Source of the DNA: an uncultured Bacteroidales bacterium
GTDB taxonomy: Bacteria; Bacteroidota; Bacteroidia; Bacteroidales; Paludibacteraceae
Direction of reading: 5' to 3'
Assembly: GCA_900321775.1 (NCBI GenBank)
Contig: ONXE01000001.1
Span: 1 to 36,205, forward strand
DNA length: 36,205 nt
This document shows positions 1 through 7,900 of the stretch, one piece after another. How positions within the stretch are numbered: position 1 is the first letter of the stretch; each line of letters begins with the position of its first letter. Both the position numbers and the translations under genes were made by a program. Below the pieces are notes generated by a model. That model ran no database searches and had not been told where the DNA came from. It saw only the letters and a program-made list of their open reading frames with translations.

Positions 1-101
1 GATGAGCCATTAGTGTGTTCATTTCATGGGTGTATTCAAAAAAGTCTGTAACGGCTAATGGATACACCCTTTCAATATATTCTTTTAATTCAAAGATTAT
101 T

Positions 102-506
102 ATGAACGCAAAAAACAAGAGGGCCGTGATTTATGCCAGGGTGAGTTCTGAAAATGACAGGCAGGACACATCACGACAAATCACAGACCTTCAAAAATTC
201 AGCGAAGCCCAGGATATGGAAATTGTCAAAATCTATGAAGAGCATATTTCAGGGGCGAAGAAAAATGAGGAGCGACAAGTTCTGACCGAGTGCCTTGACT
301 ACTGCACCAAGAACCATGTCGATTACCTCCTACTATCTGAACTGAGCCGCTTAGGGAGATCGACGCTGCAAGTACTGAAATCCCTTGAGCAGCTACATGA
401 GGCTAAGGTTTCAGTCTACATTCAGAACCTTGGCTTATACTCGCTGCAACCTAATGGAGAAGTCAACCCAATTGCATCCATCCTTATTACCGTTTTGGCT
501 GAGATG
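102..506 (+). pseudogene. Serine recombinase (resolvase/invertase family), catalytic domain only; 3' part apparently removed by phage insertion
   Basis: MNAKNKRAVIYARVSS (catalytic Ser motif), LSRLGRS and ...LAEM align with Gin/Hin. After LAEM the conserved ERELIxERT helix and the C-terminal HTH are missing. The ORF instead reads through a terminator hairpin and antisense into the next gene up to 758. Confidence 0.6.
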
Positions 507-570
507 GGAAATATAGAGTCCGCTTCGCAAAACGAAATGTTACTTTTTCGGGTTCCTTCCCCACAACGAA

Positions 571-606
571 AAAACGCCTCAGATTTCTCTGGGGCGTTTT
601 CTTTTT
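571..606. terminator. Rho-independent-type hairpin (bidirectional geometry), plausibly ending the leftmost phage operon
   Basis: aaaacgccTcaga-tttc-tctgGggcgtttt is a 10-bp stem with one G-U pair. An A-run lies on one side and a T-run on the other. It lies 13 nt beyond the stop of the minus-strand gene 619-1257. Confidence 0.6.
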
Positions 607-618
607 CTCCATGTTGTT

Positions 619-1257
619 TCAAACGTTCAAATCAAACTTCACATTCTCGTCGCCATCAAGCAGCTGGCGTGTGCGTTCCTGGTTGTTCTCGTATATGTGT
701 ACGTTGCCAAGGTTCAGCGTTATGCTTTTCAGAGGCAAATCTATCTGCCGAGCCATGAGGTAGAGATGGTAAATATCAGCCGGCAAGCCAAGGTTCGCGT
801 CGCTGCTTCGCTGGTATGCTGACAGTACCAGTTCCCCGTCGTCTATCTGGAACTGCACGAGGCTCAGGCATGGGGCTTGGTTGCTCTCTGCACCAGTCTC
901 ACCGAGGAACAGCACATAGTTCTTGCTGTTGCGCTTCTCGCGGTTTATCTTCGCAATGAGTGGAGGCAGTTTCTCAAAGTAGGTCGGGTAACTGTTCACC
1001 AGGACAGAACCGCAATAGTCCCACCAGTTGATGCCCACGTCGCGGTATCGTTCCACGTTCCGCTCACCCTGCATAAAAAGTTGCAACTCATTCTTCAGTT
1101 TCTTCCTGGCTATGCCGTGGCTCTCGAATATATCGAGCAGGTCGGCAGGGGTCAATGACAACTGCTCATTGAGCAGGTAGCGGATATTTCCTTTCTTGTT
1201 CGTCTGGGTCTTTCCTTTCTCCAGAACCTTGCCCAGTATCTGGTAGTATTTGTTCAT
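619..1257 (-). CDS. Minimal thymidylate-synthase-fold enzyme, predicted pyrimidine C5 (hydroxy)methylase with cytosine-type specificity residue
   Basis: The N-terminus MNKYYQILGKVLEKGKTQTNKKG aligns with ThyA [23 protein letters not shown]. Catalytic Cys in APCLS (ThyA PCH). YQRSSDANLGLPADI aligns with ThyA YQRSCDVFLGLPFNI, so ThyA Asn177 is Asp here. Only 212 aa, with shortened middle and C-terminal regions. Confidence 0.65.
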   Translation of the reverse strand: MNKYYQILGKVLEKGKTQTNKKGNIRYLLNEQLSLTPADLLDIFESHGIARKKLKNELQLFMQGERNVERYRDVGINWWDYCGSVLVNSYPTYFEKLPPLIAKINREKRNSKNYVLFLGETGAESNQAPCLSLVQFQIDDGELVLSAYQRSSDANLGLPADIYHLYLMARQIDLPLKSITLNLGNVHIYENNQERTRQLLDGDENVKFDLNV

Positions 1258-1282
1258 CGTTCAAACGGTATTAGAATGTTGT

Positions 1283-2113
1283 TTAAGCGGCTTTCGTATA
1301 TAGCATGATGTCCGTGTAGGACGCGCTGTAATTCATGTGGGCATTGAACTCACGACGCTGGCAGTTCTCAAACGGGTTGCCCAGTTCCGGATGCTTACCC
1401 ATCCAGTCGCACAGTTCAACGATAGAAGACTTGTTAGAGGTGAAATAGATAAAGCGATGTCCGGCAAGCACCGTCAGCACATCGAGGTAGTCTGACAATT
1501 TCCAGTACATCTTGTATGTCTTGCTGTCCGTGCTCAAATACGGAGGGTCAACCAGGAACACCACACCTGGCACGTCCTTGTACTGCTCAAACACCTCCCT
1601 GTAGTCACAGGAGGTAATGGTCAGCCCGTCGAGGTAGTCCAAGCACGGTTCATAGTCGGTCGTCCTTATATTATTATATAGTGTTTCCTTCTCCAGATCC
1701 GAAAACTCGGTGGCGTACTTCATAGAGAACATAATCGACGAGGACAGCGTGATATAGTCGATATAGCCGTAGTCGTGTAGGTATTTGCGGACGCAGGACA
1801 GCACACGTTCCTTTGTCTCCCCCAATATGGGCTTGTGGCGTGGCACATCCACAATCTCCCTCAGTTCTGCCAGCAGCGCATTGGTGACAGGCAGGGCTTC
1901 AAGCCGCTGGCGATAGCCGTCAAAGTCGTTATATACTACCTTGGAATGCGGCTTCTGGCACTTGGCTATGTGTGATAATAAGCCAGAGCCGCCGAACAGG
2001 TCCACGAATGTCGTACCGTCAGGGAACTGCTGGAGCACATTAATGTACTCTTTGGCAAACATACGCTTCTGTCCCTGGAAAGGAAGCGGTGCCGATAGAT
2101 ATTGCTTTCTCAT
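1283..2113 (-). CDS. DNA N6-adenine methyltransferase, Dam-like (D12 class)
   Basis: Motif I FVDLFGGSG (FxGxG) and motif IV DPPY (LVDPPYLS) in the Dam-family order. 276 aa. Confidence 0.8.
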   Translation of the reverse strand: MRKQYLSAPLPFQGQKRMFAKEYINVLQQFPDGTTFVDLFGGSGLLSHIAKCQKPHSKVVYNDFDGYRQRLEALPVTNALLAELREIVDVPRHKPILGETKERVLSCVRKYLHDYGYIDYITLSSSIMFSMKYATEFSDLEKETLYNNIRTTDYEPCLDYLDGLTITSCDYREVFEQYKDVPGVVFLVDPPYLSTDSKTYKMYWKLSDYLDVLTVLAGHRFIYFTSNKSSIVELCDWMGKHPELGNPFENCQRREFNAHMNYSASYTDIMLYTKAA

Positions 2114-2136
2114 TGTCTCGCTAATTTTATCACCGC

Positions 2137-2144
2137 AAAGGTAC
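2137..2144 (-). promoter_or_regulatory. Candidate Bacteroides-type -7 promoter box TACCTTTG (TAnnTTTG) upstream of the methyltransferase/TS-like pair
   Basis: Plus strand caaaggta equals minus strand TACCTTTG, about 24 nt upstream of the ATG at 2113. Flanked by the inverted repeat gtctcgct (2115-2122) / agcgagac (2153-2160). Confidence 0.4.
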
Positions 2145-2180
2145 GGTCATTCAGCGAGACAAGGGAAAGTTCAAGCCAAA

Positions 2181-2423
2181 TCACACTGCACCAGCCGTGC
2201 AGTTAGTCTCAAACTTCTTGATGATGTTGTACACCTTGCGCTCGCTCACCTTGTACTTGTCAGAGAGCAGAGTCACGATATACGTCACTTTCTCGCCACG
2301 TCCGTGCATCTTCATATAATCTGCGTAAAGTGCCACGTAACGGCAGTCGTCGGGCTTAAAACCGACCGAAATAAGCCTGTCAATAAGCTCTTTATTGAAA
2401 TTTAATATCTCAAACAGCGTCAT
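2181..2423 (-). CDS. Small HTH protein, Mor/C-like late-activator candidate
   Basis: 80 aa. The C-terminal LLSDKYKVSERKVYNIIKKF resembles the Mor-family HTH (..gvSerrIyqIl..). A paralogous pattern occurs in ORF 32656-32946 (YGICERTFYNLLK). Confidence 0.4.
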   Translation of the reverse strand: MTLFEILNFNKELIDRLISVGFKPDDCRYVALYADYMKMHGRGEKVTYIVTLLSDKYKVSERKVYNIIKKFETNCTAGAV

Positions 2424-2438
2424 TTCATTATTTTTTTA

Positions 2439-2446
2439 TACCTTTG
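2439..2446 (+). promoter_or_regulatory. Candidate plus-strand -7 box TACCTTTG pointing into the nested-hairpin region
   Basis: tatacctttgtacc contains an exact TAnnTTTG. There is no clear -33 TTTG. It is followed at once by the 2451-2550 hairpin and a T-run at 2574-2579. Confidence 0.3.
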
Positions 2447-2450
2447 TACC

Positions 2451-2573
2451 GCCAATCATTTATTTCGCATATAAAAACCCATACAGGGGAGTGAAGGGCA
2501 TAGGCCCCCAGCTGTCTCCTGTATGGGTGCGTTGTTAATAAATGATTGGCGTCTATATTAACAGGCTGGGGGC
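2451..2573. repeat. Nested inverted repeats forming a ~100-nt extended hairpin plus a third, competing inverted repeat
   Basis: IR1 is gccaatcatttatt (2451-2464) / aataaatgattggc (2537-2550), 14/14 bp. IR2 is acccatacagg (2477-2487) / cctgtatgggt (2518-2528), 11/11 bp, extendable by 3 bp. IR3 is gcccccagc (2504-2512, in the apical loop) / gctgggggc (2565-2573), followed by tttttt. Confidence 0.7.
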
Positions 2574-2609
2574 TTTTTTATGCCCACCCCCAAGGGCTTC
2601 CTTCAGAGT

Positions 2610-3095
2610 TTATTCATCCCGATAGTCTTCCGGGTTGAACGCATCTTTCTTCTGCCATCCAGCATCCAGCGTGTCCTGGATAAAACGCATGGCCTTCGTG
2701 TAGAAGTCAGCCAGTTCCTCCAGTCTTTCAAACACCCGATACTTCGGCTGCTCGTCTGTACCGAACTTGAACTTCACAGGTAGCGTCGTACCATTCGACT
2801 GTACGGCGAGGTCGTAGGCTGCCTTGTAGTTGAACTGGTTCTCAGAGGACAGCCACACAGGGTCGCCCTCATACTCGAAGCCGGACAGGATGGTCTGGTC
2901 GGTCTGCTGATTGTACCAGCCAATGACAGCGGCCTTGATTTCCTCGTCAGTCGGCTTGTGGGCGAACTCCGCCTCCATGTAGTCGGCAGATCCGTCCTCA
3001 TGTTCCTGCACGTCCCAGCGGACGCGCCACTTGTTTCTTGCCGGGCTGACGCATTCAATCAGTTTTACACCGGCGGTTCCTTCTGTCCTTTGCAT
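2610..3095 (-). CDS. Hypothetical protein directly downstream of the RT (5-nt gap); C-terminal half resembles the DUF4376-type domain seen in phage tail-fibre-associated proteins
   Basis: 161-aa ORF with protein-like composition. TDQTILSGFEYEGDPVWLSSENQFNYKAAY...LEELADFYTKAMRFIQDTLDAGW recalls DUF4376. This is recollection only, not searched. Confidence 0.5.
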   Translation of the reverse strand: MQRTEGTAGVKLIECVSPARNKWRVRWDVQEHEDGSADYMEAEFAHKPTDEEIKAAVIGWYNQQTDQTILSGFEYEGDPVWLSSENQFNYKAAYDLAVQSNGTTLPVKFKFGTDEQPKYRVFERLEELADFYTKAMRFIQDTLDAGWQKKDAFNPEDYRDE

Positions 3096-3100
3096 TGTCT

Positions 3101-4405
3101 CTAAGTGAAAACGTACTTGGTTCTACCTTTGCCGAAGGTCTCCGTCTTGATGGTGGTCTCGAAGGGGAACCCGTCGGGCATTTCTCTAATCTGGGCGAGG
3201 ATATTCTTCATCTCCTCGCTGTTGGTGAAAAACTTCTTGGGCTCGCCGTTCTGCTCGATGGCCACGATGCAGCGGTCCTCGCCCTGCTCTGTCTTGATGC
3301 CTGTCTCGAAGTCCTTGACTACGATGGGCAGGTTCACCAATTCCCTGATGCTTACCACCGCACCAGAGAAGCGCTTCTTGCCGTCCTCCGGTTTGTAAGC
3401 GACTTTCAAATCCTTGAATGATTTCATCTGTTTGCCTGTTAATTTATTAAACAACATGTTACAATTGGCGTGCTTTGCCATGCCATAGAAGCTCGCTATC
3501 AATTCACGCCTTCTTTTCCTACTCCTGACCTCGTGCATCTTGCGGGCCATCTTCTGCTTGATGCGCTTGCGCAGTTCCACATGCTTGGAACTGTAAATCA
3601 CATAGCCCAGGAAGTCGATGCCCTCACTTACCGGGAACACGCGCTCGTTGGCTTTCACCTCCAAGTCTATATGCTCCACCAGTTCGTGTACCACGTCACG
3701 CACGAGCCACAATTCCGCTTTCGATTTTCCGAGTACCACGCCGTCATCACAATAGCGGTAGAAATGACGCACGCCGTACCTGTCCTTCAAATAGTGGTCT
3801 AAAAATACAGACAATAAGAGATTGCCCAGCCCCTGCGAACTACGCAGCCCGATGCTGATGCCCGACGGCATCATGCGGACAAAGCCGTCCAGCAGGGCAA
3901 TGAGCCTTTTGTCCTTGAAAATCCGCTTCACGCAGTACATCACAAAGTCCGGCTGCACGTTGTCGTAGAACTTCGAGATGTCGAACTTGTAGCAGTACCG
4001 CGTTCCGTCAGGATCTTCCTCCAGGTCGCGCCGGATATACGCCAGCAGGTCGTGCATCCCGCGTTCCTTGATACTGGCCGAGGTGGTGCGGATAAAGCGC
4101 TTGCGCATGTGCCTGTCCACGACATTCATCACGGCATGTACGCCGATGCGGTCATACATGGAGAGCACCTGTATCTTGCGCAGCTTGCCGCCTTCCACGA
4201 TCTCGCGCTCCCTGTAGTCCTTCACGGTGAACGTGCCGGACGCTATACGCTCCGTCAGGTCCCGTATCACCTCGTCCCTATGCGCAAGGAGCCAGCGCCC
4301 CTGGCGTGAGCGTTTCCGCTTCGTGCCTCGGAGCACCGTATCGAAGGAGTCCGACATATTGCCGTACTCAACGATTTCCTCAATGATGTAACCTTCTCTG
4401 CGCAT
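3101..4405 (-). CDS. DGR-type reverse transcriptase with ~100-aa C-terminal extension
   Basis: RT motifs: SIGLRSSQGLGNLL (the [LIV]GxxxSQ hallmark of DGR RTs) and the YCDD catalytic box (FYRYCDDGVVL). A TR lies 241 nt upstream. It is 434 aa versus roughly 330 aa for the Bordetella phage Brt. The extra tail is ...KSFKDLKVAYKPEDGKKRF...TTIKTETFGKGRTKYVFT. Confidence 0.9.
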   Translation of the reverse strand: MRREGYIIEEIVEYGNMSDSFDTVLRGTKRKRSRQGRWLLAHRDEVIRDLTERIASGTFTVKDYREREIVEGGKLRKIQVLSMYDRIGVHAVMNVVDRHMRKRFIRTTSASIKERGMHDLLAYIRRDLEEDPDGTRYCYKFDISKFYDNVQPDFVMYCVKRIFKDKRLIALLDGFVRMMPSGISIGLRSSQGLGNLLLSVFLDHYLKDRYGVRHFYRYCDDGVVLGKSKAELWLVRDVVHELVEHIDLEVKANERVFPVSEGIDFLGYVIYSSKHVELRKRIKQKMARKMHEVRSRKRRRELIASFYGMAKHANCNMLFNKLTGKQMKSFKDLKVAYKPEDGKKRFSGAVVSIRELVNLPIVVKDFETGIKTEQGEDRCIVAIEQNGEPKKFFTNSEEMKNILAQIREMPDGFPFETTIKTETFGKGRTKYVFT

Positions 4406-4646
4406 AGTTCAAAAATTGTTGTTTGCGAAGGCCGAAGCCTTCCTTCCGTGGGTCCAAGTTCTTCGAGCCGTTACCGACCTACCAAACTCTACCCGTCACT
4501 CCGTTTTTCACCTTTCCGGCACATGAGCGGTGTCATGTCCTCTTTATAGAGGTTAAGCCGCTGTTGGTGGGGCTCGGCTCCCTCGGCACCGCACTGGGGA
4601 CACGTCCCCGTCGCTGTACGCCGATTTCAGTTTCTTTGGTTGTTGT
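4406..4646 (-). ncRNA. Structured spacer between TR and RT start (presumed 3' part of the DGR template RNA)
   Basis: Minus-strand hairpins: gaaggc-UUCG-gccuuc (4427-4442, 21 nt before the RT ATG), cctct/agagg (about 4541-4554), acatga/tcatgt (about 4522-4539), gggga-cacg-tcccc (4596-4609). No credible ORF. The role is inferred from DGR biology. Confidence 0.5.
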
Positions 4647-4759
4647 CCAGACGCGACCCGACATTCGCATTCGAGTTCGACGCATCGTTATTCGCATTCG
4701 CGTACGACACACCGCCATTCGCATTCGCGTTGTTGTTGCCGCGATAGACCACACGGCCT
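4647..4759 (-). repeat. DGR template repeat (TR)
   Basis: 113-bp copy of 5013-5125 (offset 366). In the coding frame it reads GRVVYRGNNNANANGGVSYANANNDASNSNANVGSRL, rich in AAY codons. It has 26 adenines on the coding strand, 10 of which differ in VR. Confidence 0.95.
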
Positions 4760-4806
4760 ATGGGAGCTTCCACCCTGAAAAGTGCATATTGTCAGCTTTC
4801 CGACTG

Positions 4807-4814
4807 CAAAGGTA
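4807..4814 (-). promoter_or_regulatory. Candidate -7 promoter box TACCTTTG about 48 nt upstream of TR
   Basis: Plus caaaggta equals minus GTACCTTTGCAG, an exact TAnnTTTG. It sits between the target-gene stop (4945) and TR (4759), so it could drive a dedicated TR-spacer-RT transcript. Confidence 0.45.
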
Positions 4815-4944
4815 CTCATTTTCAGCGAGGCTACCGAAAATTCCACCAACTTCGACGGGCTTACGCCCGTATTTCTTGATGTCTTCGTACCTCAGACATC
4901 ACGCTTTACGCTTTGTCGCTTCGCTCCCGTTTTCGCTTTTCCGC

Positions 4945-7900
4945 TTACGCTACCTCGACTGCCGCCTTGTACGCGGCCACGCTCTCCGCCACCACGATTT
5001 TGCCGCGGAAGGCCAGACGCGACCCGACATACGCATGCGAGCTCGACGCATCGCTAAACGCATACGCGCACGACACACCGCCATTCGCATACGCGTGGTT
5101 GTTGCCGCGATAGACCACACGGCCTGTGGAACCACTGTAGTAATAGTAGTCACAATAGTATGTCGTGCTGCTGCCCGAAGCGGCTGCTGGCACCACGTCC
5201 ATATATTTTCCGTGTGTCACGCCGTTGATCCAGCCGGTGGCCTCCACGCCCTTTACCCGTCGGTATGTTCCGTCAGGCATCAGGTATCGCCACTTGCCGC
5301 CGTTACCGCTGTCGTTCGGAACGTCCACGCAGTCCATCATATCATATTTATGGCCGTAGATGTCCTCGTAGCCGAGGCAGTTCGTGTTGTTCAACTGGTA
5401 GAACACCGTCTCGCCGTCCGTGTTCGTCTCCTTGTAGAAGGCCTTACCGTTGCCTTCCACGCCGCCCACGGTCGTGCCGTTCGTGTTCACCGTGTCCTGC
5501 ATGCCTATCTTCGCAGTGCCGCCGGTGGTTCTGGTGTTTGAGTTTTGTCCCGCGCCGCACTGCATCTGGCTGTCTCGCCGCCCGTACTTGGCAAAGAACA
5601 GGTTGGCGATGTCGTTGTGCATCAGGCCGTCTATCTGCTGCATACCTCTTTGGGCAGAGTAGAAGTGGAAGTCAGTCCACGTCATGCTCGCTGCTGTCGA
5701 GCCGCCGGTGATACAGGCTCTCAGTTTGTCCCCGACCACGCTGCTGCCCACTACGGCGCACAGGTAGGGCTCCACCTCCACCCAGTCGGGTTCCATGTCC
5801 TCTATCTTCGTGCTGTTGCTCAGCACCACCATGTCAAACTCCGCAGTCTTCAGAATCGAGAAGTTCAGGGCAACGGCATTTGCCGGAACGTCGGCTATCA
5901 GGTACATGCCGGCAACGAACTTCGAGCCGAGCGTGCTCACCACTACCGTGCCCACTACGAGACCAGCTGAGTCCGTGAACACGGCACACACAAGGTTCGT
6001 GCCTGGCACACTTGGGAAGCGCACTTTCTTGTAGCCGCTCACGCCCACCCTGCAGACGGCGTAGCTGTTGTCTGCCGTGTAGCTCTGCGCCAGCGTCTCC
6101 TTGCCGCTCATGATCTTGTAGTTATTCCGGTAGTCACCGGCATCCTTGATCTCGTCCAGGGTCACAATGTCGCAGTCCGGCTTCTTCGGCATACGCTCGT
6201 TGCTGCTCCAGCAAGCATAGTGCTTGCCGTTCAGGTAGTCGTTCACACCCTTGAACCAGCGGTGGGGCTCATACATCATCCAGTCGCCCTCCGTGCTGTC
6301 CAGCTTAGCCGCCGAGCAGTTCTTCAGTTCCTGGGCATCGGCGTAGTAGTTCGAGTTCTCTGCATGGAGCGGATAGATGGTCGCCTCGCCATCCCCATTG
6401 TTCTGCGTCGTCGCCACGCCTGCATGGGTGATGTTCCGCGAGGTCGGCTTCTTCGTCACCTTCGCCAGGCAGCGGTAGCGCCTCTTCAGCAGTGCCAGCA
6501 CATGGCCGCTCGCCACATAGTCCGTGCCGAACTTGTAGCCCGTCCCGTTGTCCAGGTTGCTCACGTTGGCGTCGTCGCTCACCGTGTCGTCAAACTCCAG
6601 CATCGAGTAGTCGGGCTGCAGGATCGTCAGCTCCGGGTATCTCGCTTGCATGGCGGCATAGTCCTCGTCGTCCATGTAGCTCGTCAGCTGCACCGTGCCC
6701 ACAAGGGCGCAGTAGTCCACGGCGTTGCCGCTCGCGTCCACGCCCTTCAGGTTCTTGTAGCGGTTCAGCAGGGTTCCGTCGTCTTCCACGCTGATGCCCT
6801 CGATGCGCACACGTTCCACGTTCACGCACTTGCTGATCATCGACTGCCAGCTGATGTTCGGGCAACCGGCATAGCGCAGCGTCTTCACCGTCCGCCAGTT
6901 CTGCAGCGTCAGTCCGCTCTCCTTCAGGTCGGGCAGATACTCCAGTCTCAGCGTCTGGATGTTGCTGCCCAGTTTGGCGGTCGTCAGAGGACAGCCCTGA
7001 GCAAACAGCACCGCTTGGACGTTCACGCCGCGAGCGTCCAGCGTCTTCAGTCGCGTCTGGTTCCTGAAGTCCAGTTCCGTGCTGCTCAGCGTGCCGGTCT
7101 TCGCACTCGCCTGACCGTACAGGTTCACGTCGGTCAACTGGCGGCACTGGTCCAGTACCAGACACCAGCCGGTGCTGCCGCTCCCGTTCGTCTGCAGGTC
7201 AAGCACACGCAGCACCTTGCACTTGTTCAGGTTCAGGTCACCCGTCAGGTTGTTCGCCGCTCCCTCCATGTTCAGTTCGGCAATGCGGCTCGCGCCGTAG
7301 ATTCTTATCGGGTCGTTCACCGTGAAGGCGTTGCTGAACACCAGCGTCACCGTGCCGCCTTTCTTGGCCTCCTCGCTCGGCTGCAGGTGGGGGGCGTTGT
7401 TCGTGCCGTAGCCGAAGTAGTAGAGTTCGCTCGCCTTCACCACGATGGTGTTGGCCGCCTCCGTCGCCTGGCGGCTCATATACATGTCTATGTTGTCAGA
7501 GAGATAGTTGCCCGTCTCATACTTCGCGTCGAGCAGGGCGAAGCGGTTCTGGATGAACCAGTGCCTGAATGCCTGCTTGTCACCCTTCAGGGCGTAGATA
7601 TACGGGTACTTCACGATGCCGGTCTTCGTCTGCACACCCTCGGTCTGGGGCTTGATGTACTTGATTTCGCCGCTCTTGTTGTAGGCTCTGCCGCACCAGT
7701 TCCCCTGCTGCTCCTCGTCGAACATCTGGTTCACCAGTTCCTCGGTCAGTTTCTCTCTCATCGTCGTGGCCATCGCCTTGATCTCATCCTTGAAGTTGGC
7801 GAGAACCAGGCACCACAGCCACGAGTCGTGGCCCTCAAAGGCGTATTTGTTCTTGTCGCTGTCCCACGTCTCTCGCGTCACGTTGTACAGGTATGCCAGC

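Noticed and set aside
15-101. N-terminal extension of the recombinase ORF (MFISWVYSKK...)
   Set aside because: Serine recombinases start a few residues before the catalytic YxRVSS motif. The internal Met at 102 (MNAKNKRAVIYARVSS) fits.
2451-2550. Hairpin region checked for tRNA/tmRNA-like features
   Set aside because: No cloverleaf, no T-loop GTTCRANYC-type motif and no acceptor/CCA geometry. It is a simple extended hairpin.
4533-5153. Small minus-strand ORFs 4533-4754 and 4950-5153 (73 and 67 aa) considered as possible avd
   Set aside because: They are off-frame readings of TR and VR themselves (MWSIAATTTRMRMAVCR...), Arg-rich and not helical-bundle-like. An Avd cannot be supported from the sequence.
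4423-5541. 372-aa plus-strand ORF spanning spacer, TR, VR and the target 3' end
   Set aside because: It runs across non-coding DGR elements and antisense to the target. The repeated RPDIR(I/M)R..RIR peptide is just the TR/VR repeat read on the wrong strand.
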